Assembly: GCA_951406725.2 (NCBI GenBank)
Contig: OX597826.1
Location: 60,326,001-60,390,000, forward strand
Reading direction: 5' to 3'
Origin: Octopus vulgaris
Taxonomy: Eukaryota
Length of the DNA: 64,000 bases
The first letter of the stretch is position 1; every line of letters begins with the position of its first letter. Position numbers and translations under genes: made by a program. Of this stretch, positions 14,516 through 28,605 are shown one piece after another. The notes under the pieces are model-generated. The model did no database searches. It had not been told where the DNA came from and saw only the letters and a program-made list of their open reading frames with translations.

Positions 14516-16035
14516 GTATTCTGTTCTTTTTTTTTTGCATCATTTCCCATTTGTAATGGTTTCAGGCATAATGTGTTTCATGCTGTACCGCAATAAAATA
14601 TCTTTCAATCATTGCATAGAGTCATGCACATTTCATTCTATATTGCAAAGCTTTTAAATCTATTATTTTCGTGTGCTGTATACCATGCAGTTAATTGAGT
14701 TCTAGGTATTTGTAGAGCAGTGTATGCTCCATCTCTCTTATCTTAGTTTCTTCATTTACTATATTATATGTGTTCTTAATTTACCTCTCTTCAATGTTCC
14801 CTAGGAGCATTTTTCTACTTTGAATTTCATACCAATTTATTTGGTAAATCCATGTACCTTCTGTCGTAAAGCTCTCACTTGTTCGTCAAATACAAATGTG
14901 TAAATTGAGGTGGGCAATATTTTCGCAACATAGCATTTATATCGAAGCCCAATCCCTTTTACCAAGTCGGTTGATAGTGTCAGTAGCGAAACAGAAACGA
15001 ATGGAGACAGGGAATTCTCTTAAAATATTACTCTTTTAATGAGATTAGATTTCCTGTATATAATAACCTCTTTTATATGAACAAAATCTGGTGGCCAATA
15101 TATGACATGGTCAACCCAACATTGCTAAGGCTTCGTTGATGAGGTATTTGTCTTTATAGCCATATGAAACACATCGCTACATAAGAAAGTGACATATTAA
15201 ACCTAATATTTTTCTAAAGGCAAGGAAAGACATGGCAAAAAACCCTTTTTTTAAGTACGAATTGAAACTCTGATCACTTTCCTGCAAAATGTATGTAGCT
15301 TCATTCTTGCATTCGTGTGTCTTCTTCATCTAAAAGATTTTAGTCTTGGTTTCAATTCCACGCTTATATTTGAGACGTATAATTTTGCTCACGAATCTGC
15401 TCAAATATATACGTATATCTGTTGTAGACTGAGCAATATAATGTCTATGCTTCTGATTTAGCTCAAAGACAAGCATTATCTATCTAGTAGAACACTGACA
15501 CATTAACTGTGGTCGTCTAGTATTTTACTTAGACCTCGAACGTCAATTAGAAAGGGGCAGCTGCTTTCATATCTGGTTTCTATATAAAAATTAAAAAATG
15601 ACATCTACTCCAAGATGTAACAATTTTTCTGAAGGAGACTGTAGACAAAATTTGAGAATTCTCTGAATTTATGCAGAGGTTTAACCCCAAATTTTAGAGC
15701 ACGGGTTCATTTAAATATTAATATTCATTATCAGTCATTTTCCTTGGCTATTCGCGAGGAGGGTATTTTTTCATTTTTCATTTTTCCATTATATAACCGA
15801 TATAGGTGCCTATCCAGAATCAAAATTGGTGTATGTAGGTAAAGTAGTAATCATAATTTCCGCCCAAGAATTTGACATTATTGAATATACCGTTATGTAA
15901 TTCTTAGCTGGGAGGCCAAACAACCGAAATAAGTGCTTTCCTCCAAACTTCAGCAATAATGGAAGATTACGTTGAAAAAATTTTGCAGCACAATGCATAC
16001 TTATTAATCTCCTTCAAACCATCACTTTGCCTCTT

Positions 16036-16119
<84 letters not shown>

Positions 16120-16215
16120 AAGACAGAGAGAAACAGAGAGACAAAGAGAAAGGGAGAGCAATATATATGTATATATATGTGTGTCTTTGTATATGAATAT
16201 ATGCTGCAATGTAAG

Positions 16216-16332
<117 letters not shown>

Positions 16333-16851
16333 GTATATATAAAGTTGTATATGACTAAGCATCCGCCGAATGTATGTACTTGTTATATGAATACACAAGC
16401 GCATGTTCAAATTTGATTTCTTTGTTTATTCGAGTTTTTACACTTATCACATTATATCGGAATGTCATGGACTCTTAGCGTTACTTGCGGCATAAGACAC
16501 TGTTCGTAATTTGCATGCATTTATCTGAAGTTTATTTTGATTATAGTAGTGTCAACAATAATATGTTTGAAGGCCTGAAACGCAGTCTTCCTCTCTTTCT
16601 ACGTACATATTATTCTTTTTATGGAGTTGCTCAGATGCAAACGTAGCATTACGCAATAGGTTCGATACCCGCGGTTAATCTATCTGGTTATTTTCTTATC
16701 TACTGCCAACAGTCTTTTTATTTCATTTTTTTGGGGGGAGAGGGTGTTTCCTTGTCTTAAGAATGAATATTCGTCATTATATTTACATTTGAATAATTCC
16801 AAAAACATAAACCATACCAAATTTGAATGTGGTTCCGATAGAGTATGCTAA

Positions 16852-16925
<74 letters not shown>

Positions 16926-16934
16926 GTATATATA

Positions 16935-17835
16935 TTAGATAAATTGAGATAACAAAGCCAAGAATGTGAGGAGTTTACAGGACACTTATTTGGAAAAAGA
17001 TATAGATATAGCCTTAGAGGTGTTTCTGGGATATTATGGATAACCCTTCATCAGAGACGATGTGAGATGGTTAAAGAGAGGTAAATATTTGAGTTCAAAA
17101 TGAGGAATTATTATGGAAAATGAGGACATAGGGTATACAGAGGAAAATAAGAGAATGAAAGTAGAAATTTTATATAAAATATATAAAGAGATTATTGTTG
17201 CAGTTCCGTTATTCGAGGAAAGTGTTGCATAGAAGTGGTAAAGGATTTCCTGTGCATGGTATGCAAGCTCCAATATTAGTACATGTTTAGATATTTCAAA
17301 GTATGGAACCGTGGATTCTGTTACTCATTCGAAAGTGTCTTATGGTGTGAAAGAAAATTTGAGAATGCATAGGTAGTATTTGTGGATAGATGGTGGGGGA
17401 AAGATGTATATGATTAGAATGAGGAGATAGGTCAAAATGAAAACGGGAAGAGAAAGTGAGAGGAAGAAAGAGAGAAAAAAAAAGAGAGAAAAAATTTGAA
17501 AGAAAAAGTGAACAAGCTATGAAAGAAGTGAGAAAAGGAGTGTTAGTTGGTGGTCAAGATAATGTGACGGGAGGATAGACGAGGAGTGGGGGAGGTATAG
17601 ACAGAGATGAGAATGTAAAGAGTAAATAAGTGTCAGATACGTGAGTAAGGGTGATATGACAGAGCTGCATTAAGGGATGGGTAGATATAAGGTATGGCTG
17701 TGGCTTTAGTAGTAAAATTCAAAGTGGAGTGAAGAATACAAGGATGTCAAAGTTCTATAAATAGACGTATGTGATTAAATACGCTAGTGTGATAGTTAGG
17801 AATCAGGGAGAGGCAAAGAAGGTATAATGACTTAC
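16935..17835 (-). mobile_element. Probable Penelope-like element remnant
   Basis: Strand-biased, non-microsatellite block between TA/CA tracts that carries a hammerhead motif at 17011-17058; no ORF recognised. Confidence 0.5.
17011..17058 (-). ncRNA. Type I hammerhead motif with decayed stem III
   Basis: Minus strand GTCT-CTGATGA-A-GGG...CCC-A-GAAA-CACCTC-TA-AGGC. Stem III ACACCTCT is two changes from the palindrome ACAGCTGT. Confidence 0.65.
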
Positions 17836-17941
17836 ATACTCGCGGATACACATACATATGCATGAGCGCATATGTATACATACATATATAGACACACACA
17901 TATATACACATATATACACATATATACATACGCATACACAA

Positions 17942-18019
<78 letters not shown>

Positions 18020-18187
18020 GCATGCTTACGCGCATCCATAAATGTATTCATACACGCACATGCGTACGCATACATATATACATACATGCACACGCACATA
18101 CTGATACATCCGTATACATATACACGCACCAAATCATATATATTTGTATATGCTTATGCACGTTATACATACACACACACTCATATA

Positions 18188-18239
<52 letters not shown>

Positions 18240-18989
18240 CCCACATACATATACTTGCATAAACAGGTATACGTGCACAAACACATTTACACACACAGCT
18301 TGTGTGTCCATACATGTAGTATTAAATGATTGAGAGGCGAGTTAAAAAATAGAAGATTAAAAATTAAGAATGAAAGTTAAATAGGGCGGTTGGGGATTAC
18401 TTAAGGGGTGTTGTGGATATATGCTGTGTGGTTATTTAGGATGTATTTATATTTGTAGTAAAATTCGTAGATCGACATCTTTCATAATAAGAAATTCCAA
18501 GAGATCGCTAGGAATAAAATAACAACTATACCTCTGTGAGTCTGCTTGCTTCTATTTTCTTTCTAGTCAAGCTCTGCTGTATGAAATAAAGAGCTGGTCA
18601 AATGTTTTTTTCCCGGTTTTTGTTGCCATGTCCACTATGTCGAGCAGACCACTTATGAAAAGTATTCCATCTACAACCAGGCTGTCTCTTAAGGATATAT
18701 GTATCAATAGATTATCAAATATTCTATCCCATAGAATATCTAATATTATATAACAGTGTTACATGAATGAAATGTGCTTACTACTTCTAGAAGGTTGAGA
18801 GACCTAACAGAAGATTTATCGTTGGCTCGTTTTACTTGTTTTGTTGATGTTAAAAATGATAGAGAGGTATAGAGTAATGGGGGGGCGTAATAAACACTTG
18901 CCTTGTAAATATCAGGTCCCATGTTCAGACACTCTCCATCGCACTTTAGATATAGGGTCGAGCGAAGCCAATATGAATCTAGATAGAAC

Positions 18990-19450
18990 CTGTGTGTAAC
19001 ACTATTCGTTCGAACAGCACGTGTAATTTAAAACACCAGCTTGTCACATATCTATCGTAAGTTCCAGGGTCTGTTGTGAAGTGATAGCTTCTGTGCTTCA
19101 ATGTCCCTGAGAGAAATGTCCGCGGGAGCACAGTACTTGTAGGGATTGCTGTGCTGGACAAATCAATGAATAGACACCAGACTGATATAGACTACGTCTT
19201 CGGAGAGATAAAAATATGTTTGTATAGGACATCACCACTACCTACAAAAAGAATTACAGAAGAATTGATAACAATTCCAAAGTAACAAAATCTGGGAGGA
19301 GAAGAATTTCACTCACAGAAACATGAAACAACGAAGCTGCAAGGAAGCGCATTGATCCAATTCGACAGAAGCAGTAAAAACTAGTTCCGACTGAAGAACA
19401 GAGGGAAAAGTCGCCGATGTCCAATGCCCCATAAAGAGCAAAGTGCTTAA
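18990..19450 (+). mobile_element. Possible piggyBac transposase relic
   Basis: VGIAVLDKSMNR resembles MGGVD..D; a terminal RRCP-like piece follows; heavily degraded. Confidence 0.25.
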
Positions 19451-20639
19451 AGGTAATATATTTTTTCACATACTTTCCTAAAAAGATTGGTTAAGGATGG
19501 TCTTAGGGAACTACTTTGTTTGGAATGCTCAACTACATACATATTAATTCAGTGAGTTGTAGTTATAGCAAATGCAACTCCTTGTAGTTATTAATTAGCA
19601 CAAGATAAACACAGAATAATGCTGGTCTTGTAATAATTATTAAAAGCTTTTCAGTCTTGACTAATATTGTTTCTTGATGAGTTTTGATTCTAAGACTACC
19701 TTATTCAATGTAGGTCATACTACATTCAATAATTAAAGTATTTTGACAGATTCAATAAACAACATTCATTTATCTTAATTTTGAATTATATTGACTTTGA
19801 TAGATTCATACGATAGAAAACGGTATAGTTTGATGTGAGGCAGATGAACAGAGATGGCTGACGATTTCATTTCTTCGAGGTCCAAAACAATTTCTTAATT
19901 ACAAACGAATCTCGCGAGATTAGCGCTCTTAATTACGATTTCTGTTAAATGACGATTTGACAAAATGGTTTCGTGTAACGAAGATGTGGTGATATCAGAA
20001 GAGGTGAAAAAGCTGGTGGATAATACAAGAGGCAATGCAAAGATCTTCAAAATCTTGCAAATGAAAGAGTTAACCGTTACAATTTAAACAACTTTACTGC
20101 CGTCATTATCCTAGCCGGCGGAGGTCAAACAGCAACAGTAGCAACTTCAGCGACGTTTATTAAAAGAGACAATAGCAAGGATAGTAACGGCTACCGTCTC
20201 TGACTCCACCGCAAATGGTAGCAATATAGCGGTCTCAGCCACTGCTAATATGGAAGCTAGACGAGCGACAAAAATATAATCTCATCCTGCATCAACTCTA
20301 CTAAAGCTACAAAGATTGCGTCCAATAAAGCCACGGTATTACCAACAATGCTATCAACAATAACGACAAAAAACCACCGTATATATTACAGGAACGCTAT
20401 AAATGCTGGCTCCGCTGCTGGTCATTGAATATTATTTGAGCAGAACTTTCTACAAGAGGGGTGCAGAGAGCAAATTAATTCAAATGTTGTGTCGTGAGAG
20501 AAGAGAGTAAGCCTCATTGTTCAAAAACCAAGAGCATCTTGAAGTGATTGAACTACGTCACCAGTGTCGTACCGGCATACGAAGAGACACACAACTCAAA
20601 ATAAATAAAAGAATGCCTCATTGCATATACGGTGAGCTG

Positions 20640-21350
20640 GAGGCTTCGTTATTCGCGACGGATCCTACAACGACGGATCTTACAACGGATCATTTTGGGA
20701 TCAACGGATCCCACAATGAAAATTAAATGAGAAACAAAAACTGTCAAATCTGCAATCACAATACCCGGAATAGCAAAAATCCACGATAGGGTTCACAGAA
20801 AATCAAAGGCATACACATGAGACAAAACCTTCAAGAACTACATAGTAATATACATCTTATCATTCTACAAAGGGTAACTCTGGAATTACTATAAACACAA
20901 ACAGGATAAGTGTACTCCCCAGATCCATTGATCGGCCGATATATTCCTGTTGGGACGCAACAAAAATCTACATTGTTGTCATGAATTGGTTGGCTTGAAA
21001 ATGTAATCGGTCTATGCATTGTTGTAAGGGATGTTTTGGAAAGCACCAAAACTGACTTGCATAGTTCTCTGTGGGATACTCAAAGCTTTGGCAATGTTTA
21101 TGATACCGATTCAACGTAACTTAGAGCTGAGACTGACTCAAACCACAGAAATATTTAAAAAGGGCTTTATAGATAGCCACGTACACATTAAAATTTATCT
21201 CAATCTACGGCGTCTGGATACGCATTTCAATAAAAAGAATCACATCATCACGCACGCGATGGGTTGCAAATCAGAGACAAATAATATCTTAGTCAAAACA
21301 AGACCTTACTTCATGGAGCTGACACATACGGAGCACTTCTCTTTATAGAG
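20640..21350 (+). mobile_element. Possible MULE-type DNA transposon relic
   Basis: Short ACGGATC repeats at 20659-20710; the peptides LKALAMFMIP and RRLDTHFN weakly resemble MULE motifs. Confidence 0.25.
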
Positions 21351-21422
21351 GCCTGCCATTCTACTATCTTTCTCTCTATCTATCTAGCTATTTATCTCTC
21401 TATATATATTTAGCTTTGTTAG

Positions 21423-21815
21423 GGCAGCGAGCTACCAGGATTTTTAGGACGTCGGGCGAAAAGCTTAGCGGTATTTCGTCTGCTGTTACGTTCTGAGTTC
21501 AAATTCCGCCGGGGTCGACTTTGCCTTTCATCCTTTCAGGGTCGATAAATTAAGTACCAGTTACGCACTGTGGTCGATTTAATCGACTTAATCTGTTTGC
21601 CTGTCCTTGTTTGCCCCCTCTGTGTTTAGCCCCTTGTGAGTAGTAAAAAAATAGGTATTTCGTCTGCAGTTACGTTCTGAGTTCAAATTCTGCCGAGGTC
21701 CACTTTGCCTTTCATCCTTTCAGTGTCAATAAATTAAGTTCCAGTTCTGTACTGGTGTCAATCTAATCGACTGGCCCCCTCCCTCAAAATTTCGGGCCTT
21801 GCACCTAGAGTAGAG
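21423..21815 (+). mobile_element. SINE family A, head plus two tandem units
   Basis: GGCAGCGAGCT head; two GAGTTCAAATT B-box units ~184 bp apart; terminal GGGCCTTGCACCTAGAGTAG tail. Confidence 0.9.
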
Positions 21816-21832
21816 ACGTATATATATATAGA

Positions 21833-21879
<47 letters not shown>

Positions 21880-21949
21880 GAGCACGTGTGTATGTAATCA
21901 TTATATTTATACATTCCGGCATTCTCATATATACAAATATATTTATAAA

Positions 21950-22032
<83 letters not shown>

Positions 22033-22194
22033 TAGACTAGATTATCCGTACCCGTTGGGTCACCGGGAAAGTCTGACTTTCGCACCAAGCGTGTTTTGTT
22101 TCATGTGGGATTTTTTCATTTTATTTTGCAAGCTTTCAACGAATGTGACATAGAAATCACACGTAAACGGCACCTTAACCCCAGAAAAGGCTGC

Positions 22195-22285
22195 TATTTC
22201 TAACACGCCTTGCTACCAGGTAACACATATTACGAGTTCTTTATCGCAAATAGTTGTTACGTGGTAGTAGGACGTGCTAGAAATA
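22195..22285. repeat. Imperfect 31-bp inverted repeat
   Basis: 22195-22225 versus the reverse complement of 22255-22285: about 5 mismatches. Confidence 0.7.
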
Positions 22286-22957
22286 CATGATAAATCCTTT
22301 TGTGGTGAGATACGTTGAATGCACTCGAAAAAGAACTATGAAAAAATATTTCACGCTGAGGTTACGAACAGGTCTTTTACGAAATATTTACCGTATTTAT
22401 AAAGTCATTTTTACTTGAAAATATTTTCTAAATATGCCCCACTAGATTTGTAATGGTATTCTTTTCAAAATAATATTTTTTTAAAATTTTAATATTGTCT
22501 GTTTAAAGAAAGCTAACATATAAGTACTTAGTGCACAAACGACTTATATTCTTGAAATAACATTCACTTAAAAATATTTCTAAATGATTAAAATATTGTT
22601 TTTCACAAAAGCGAAAACAGGAACATTTACTATAAAAAAAAAAGCAAATCGTATTATTTCGATATCAAGTCTCTGTGTCTAATCACTGTGTTTAATCAAA
22701 AGGTTTCCAATCAAAAGTTTTCTTACATTTCGGGATAAAGTTATGTTCTGAACAGTTCCCTATTGTGCACCGTTTTGGTCATTTATACCCCCACCCAAAC
22801 CCCGAATATCTCAATAACTGCTGGTCTGATTTACGCGAAATGTGTTTTCTGGCGTTTGTATTAACATTTCAGAGGCAACTCAATTCATACTATTTTCCTA
22901 TTTTGCGTCAGTTTGGCTGTTTAACATTGCAAGCAACATTAAACTTCACTTTTATTA

Positions 22958-23001
<44 letters not shown>

Positions 23002-23114
23002 TGTAATAAATAAAATATATGCATACATACAAACATATATGTACGTATATACTTCTACATGTATATATACATGCATATATAAATATATATACGTGAGTAC
23101 AGGACACCACAACT

Positions 23115-23238
23115 AGACGTAGAACTCAACGAGAAACGAAAACGGAAAAACCACTTCTTTTACAACAGAAAAACAGAGACGTAGAACTCAACGAGAAACG
23201 AAAACGGAAAAACCATTTTTTTACAACAGAAAAACAGA
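23115..23238. repeat. 62-bp tandem duplication
   Basis: AGACGTAGAACTCAACGAGAAACGAAAACGG... starts at 23115 and again at 23177. Confidence 0.9.
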
Positions 23239-23558
23239 GTACAGGACATACTACACAAGGGAAAATCCCCTATAATCAGCTGTCACTAGTTCGACTCTAG
23301 CGTGTTTCGAAGGCAAGACAGGACACGACTCGCCAAACTAGTCCTTCCTGCGAGAGAATTATACAAATATACATGCATATTCATAAGCCGTTGAAAAACT
23401 GATTATAGCAGCGACTATATTTAAGAATATCAGAAGAAGGTATATTATCCCGAAATATCATATCAGACTATGGATGACTAAATTACTACAGGTGTATTGC
23501 CCATTGTCTGTATTATAGTGCATTGTTGTACCATTCAAAACTTTTTATTCTGTATATA

Positions 23559-23592
<34 letters not shown>

Positions 23593-24465
23593 CATACATA
23601 CATACATACATACATACATACATACATACATACATACATACACACACATATATATTTATATATATATATATTTAAATATATATATATACATATTTATGTA
23701 TACATACATAAGAGTAAGTGATAGCATTTAGATAGAGTTAAATTTATGACTTATTTGGTGTTTGTTTCACGTTATCATTCGCGACGCCAAATGTCTTATG
23801 ACGTGGAGTTTAAGCCCGCACACGAAATTTTTATCATTGTTCGTATATAAGCATAGGTGCGTGTGAGACTTTGTAGATAATACGATACAGACATGTTTAT
23901 ATAAAGAGAGGTACACGTACATATATAAATGCGATTACATAGATCTATGTATGTATGAAGATATATGTGTGTATGTATGTGGTGGCAGGTACGTAATCAT
24001 GAATAGAATATATCTCTGTGCGAATGTCTGTGTGTCAGTGCTTGCGCTGTGTTTGCATGTGCACGCACGTGTGTGTATGTGTGTGTGTGTGTGTGTCTTT
24101 AACGATATCTATATGTAACTAAGCATGTATGAAGGAATAACATTGAGTAATGAAATAGGAAAGAGTCGTCATATATCTATGCTCTACATAAATGTTTAAT
24201 GAGGATATAAAAGGTATTTGGTCTAACACCTGCTGCTGTATGCAAATATTATTACATTCTCCTTAGATCTTTCTCTTCTTTCTTTCCCGTTTTCCTTACG
24301 AGTTGATTGCCCTTTCACCAGAATCTGTCGCTACGAATATATCGTTTTGTTTAAAATAATCCTTGAAGCTTCATTTGTCCAGCGATGTCACGTACGAGTA
24401 TGTTCCTTAGTCACACATGAAGAGATGATATAGCACAGCAAGCTGAAGTGATTGAGTAAATATAG

Positions 24466-24640
24466 AAAGAAGAAGAAGGTGGAGAAGAAGAAGCAGAAGC
24501 AGAAGAAAAAGAAGAAGAAGAAGAAGAAGAAGAAGAAGAAGAAGAAGAAGACGAAGAAGAAGAAGAAGAAGAAGAAGAAGAAGAAGAAGAAGAAGAAGAA
24601 GAAGAAGAAGAAGAAGGAGAAGAAGAGGAGGTGGAGGAGG
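24466..24640. repeat. (GAA)n microsatellite
   Basis: Directly visible; explains the poly-K/F/L ORFs. Confidence 0.95.
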
Positions 24641-24812
24641 AGAAATGTGGTGCAGCTTATATTGAACGTAACACGGGCTAAACAACGCAAAACCTTCGGT
24701 ATATCAGTAGGAAAGGCTACTGAAGCTGGTGTGACATCAGTATGTGCGAATGGATGTGAATGTCTTTTGGTGTGTTTGTGGGGGCGTGAGTATTGATAGA
24801 CGCATATGTATA

Positions 24813-24871
<59 letters not shown>

Positions 24872-24988
24872 CGCTTAGCCAGCGGGGTGGCGTCATTTGA
24901 AGGTTAAAACAATGCGAAACGCATTGTGACCAGCGATGTGTTGCAACATCTGATAGCCTGGTCGGTCACGGTGATCACGGTGATATAA

Positions 24989-25021
<33 letters not shown>

Positions 25022-25054
25022 TATACATAATATACATATATATATACACACACA

Positions 25055-25109
<55 letters not shown>

Positions 25110-25147
25110 GCATGTATATATATATATATGTATATATATACATGCAT

Positions 25148-25188
<41 letters not shown>

Positions 25189-25258
25189 TCCCGGGTTGAG
25201 TCGGGGTTAACCACAGTAAATAAGGTACTCAATACATGGCAGAGTAAATTAATTTATT

Positions 25259-25370
25259 TTATAGAAGGAGCTTCGACAGGACTAGAACTGTTTCATTCAA
25301 ATGAAATCAGGAAGCTTGATGATTTCATTTGAATGAAACAGTTCTAGTCCTGTAGAAGCTCCTTCTATAA
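25259..25370. repeat. 51-bp inverted duplication of a hammerhead motif
   Basis: 25259-25309 versus the reverse complement of 25320-25370: 1 mismatch. Each arm reads TTTC-ATTT-GAAT-GAAA-CAG(TTCTAGTC)CTG-TH-GAAGC. Confidence 0.85.
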
Positions 25371-25655
25371 TATATATATATATATATATATTCTTGTATA
25401 GGTACATAAACAGGTAAAGCAGGCAAAGGTGGTGTGATAGCATGGTGTTTTTCTCTGTTCAGGTCGGAATATGGCAGTGAATCTAGGAGGTGTGGATTGT
25501 TCTCGGTGCTATCCCTATCCATTATACTTGCTAAGGAAAAAGTAATTATTAAATTAACAGAAGAAATAACACGTTGTTTACATGTCGTGAAAGTCACCTA
25601 CAGATATTACTACCCTGTAAAAACAACGCTGGACCTGCCATAAATATATAACTAT

Positions 25656-25694
<39 letters not shown>

Positions 25695-25723
25695 CATATA
25701 TATATACATATATATATATATAC

Positions 25724-25858
<135 letters not shown>

Positions 25859-25949
25859 AGTAGGCTGGAGAGGGTCTCTGAGTTTCGCTTTATTGGAAAC
25901 AAAATTCTAAGTTATGGAATAAACGACGGTGTGAATTTTCCAGGTCCGG

Positions 25950-26007
25950 TCGCGTAAAAGGGCATGGCATCGAGTATGGAGGTTGGCTACCATGCCCTTT
26001 TACGCGA
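25950..26007. repeat. Perfect 18-bp inverted repeat, 22-nt loop
   Basis: TCGCGTAAAAGGGCATGG ... CCATGCCCTTTTACGCGA. Confidence 0.9.
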
Positions 26008-26667
26008 ATTAATACAGAAATGTATTATTTGCATCCAAATTAACGTGGATATATATATATATATATATTTATGTATATATACACATATATATATATATAT
26101 ATATATATATGTTTATGTATATATATAGATATATATATATATATACAAACAACACATACATACATATATATATATATGACTGAGCGCCACGCTTCCCGAC
26201 TTTTATTAACAGTAAATTTATATATGTACACACACACATATATATGTATACAAACACACATACGTAATAGATAGATAAGTAGATAGATAGAGAGATATAA
26301 AGCCTGCTTTGAAACCTACAATTACTTAGAATTAAGCACAAATATGGATGTCCATACGCTCCCATATAAACATACACATACGAATGGACAGTACGTGGAG
26401 AGTAAGGTATTATTAGGTTGTGTACAACACTAGGCAACTCGCTAGGAAAGAACATACATTTATTACAGCAATAAGTTACAACTATATTGCACATGAATAG
26501 TTAAAATCCTTGTCTATATTTACCTTATGACAACTCTTTGGTCGTATGAATACGGTTTTCTCGATTATCGTACGCACGCACCTAGAGACACGTTTCACAC
26601 AAACGTAGTAGAGTAGCACATACACATACATACATACACATACCATATATATTGATGTCCTGATATA

Positions 26668-26719
<52 letters not shown>

Positions 26720-26727
26720 ATATATAA

Positions 26728-26776
<49 letters not shown>

Positions 26777-26804
26777 TATGTATATATGTATATATATATA
26801 TATG

Positions 26805-26847
<43 letters not shown>

Positions 26848-26881
26848 GTATATATATATACATATGTATATATATATATTA

Positions 26882-26944
<63 letters not shown>

Positions 26945-27499
26945 GTATAAGTAAGGTATGTTTTGTGTGTATGTATGTTTGTATTGAACGGCTATTACTA
27001 TATATGTCGAAAGAGGACTATCATAGTTCCAATATTGACTGATCAATATTACTATAATTCTTCTGAATTTCATCTAATCTCTTACTGGTTTCCAATATAT
27101 TTCTATTGAAAGATTTACGACATAGCGGAAAGATATTTGGAGAATTTGTAATTCTTTCTTTTGGTTTTTGTCTATTATTATTTTGTTTACATACACTTTT
27201 TCTATGTTACAATTTTAGAGTTATTATGAACACATAAATACATACCTACACATATACATACACACCTTCAGGGAAACAAACACAGCAACATAGTCACAAA
27301 CACATACAAGCGCACACATATGTTTCGTACCTTTTCTAATTCCCTTGTTTTGGCTATTGGACTTCCACCATCCTAGGGCCCCATCTTCGAGGCTTTTCGT
27401 TGGAAGATTCGACCTCTGTTCTAATTTTTGCACCCATGTATTTATTCTATTGTTCTTTATTGCCGAAACTCTAGCTTACTGGTTGTACAGACAAATAAA

Positions 27500-27800
27500 C
27501 AGTGGTTGTCAAATCGTGGTGGTTGTCATACACAAGCACAATCAAACACACACGCACATAGATACATTCATATATACCATAGGCATCTTCGAGTATCCGA
27601 CAATCGAATCCACTCGTTACGGTTTGGGCCGCCCCGTGCTATAACCAAAGACATATGACCAAAGAGCCACGTAATGGAACTGAACTTGGAGCAAAGTTGT
27701 TCGGTAGTAAACTTCTTATCGCACAATCATGCCTTCTCGTTTACTTATTTCGGTTACAGAACTGTGGCCATGCTGGATAACTGCCTTGAATGGTTTCGTA
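27500..27800 (-). mobile_element. Old, degenerate SINE family B pieces
   Basis: GGTTGTCAA, ATCCACTC, GGAACTGAAC and TGGCCATGCTGGA segments match family B. Confidence 0.6.
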
Positions 27801-28158
27801 GAATTCAACGCTAAGAGTTACTTCTGAGTTGGGTATTATTCCCTAGCTTAACTTTGCCAATCCGGCAGATAGAGTAACTTAGAACGATCAACAGTAATAA
27901 TGGGTATGCAATCAAACAAATACAATCAAAAGTATATTGACATGCGTGTGTGTTGCGTGCATATGAATGTATGCATGTTGCATGCGCATCTATATATGCA
28001 TGCATGTATGTTGATAAAGGCATATACCAAAACATCAATACACACACATATATATATATATATATATGTACATATATAGAATGGTATATATATATATATT
28101 TATATATATATATACATGTATACATATATACATAAACATATATGTACATATATAGAAT

Positions 28159-28286
<128 letters not shown>

Positions 28287-28387
28287 ACATATATACATAA
28301 ACATAGTTATGTGTGCATCTGTGTGTGTGTCTGTATTCCGATGGCGATTTCTTCTTTTCATCCTTCTTTGACTCGTTTCCCTTAGGC

Positions 28388-28422
28388 CTTTCCGACGAAG
28401 AGCTATGTTCGAAACGTTAAAC
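28388..28422 (+). ncRNA. Second, mutated copy of the 2039 hammerhead
   Basis: CTTT-CCGACGA-A-GAGC(TAT)GTTC-GAAACGTT-AAAC; shares the upstream TGGCGATTTCTT with the 2039 copy; U4 changed to C. Confidence 0.6.
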
Positions 28423-28541
28423 TCCTCTCTTCACCAGGATATAAGCTAATACACTTCTTTTGCACGTCCACACGTTGGTTGTTTTCGTTTTGTTTTGATT
28501 TTATATTTATTTATTTGAATTGTCTGTTTATTTGATTTGAC

Positions 28542-28605
<64 letters not shown>

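Noticed and set aside
22030-22960. Helitron-like non-autonomous element (ACTAG start with hairpin, CTTTTATTAGTATA end)
   Set aside because: Terminal cues are suggestive only, and there is no second copy in the window to define boundaries.
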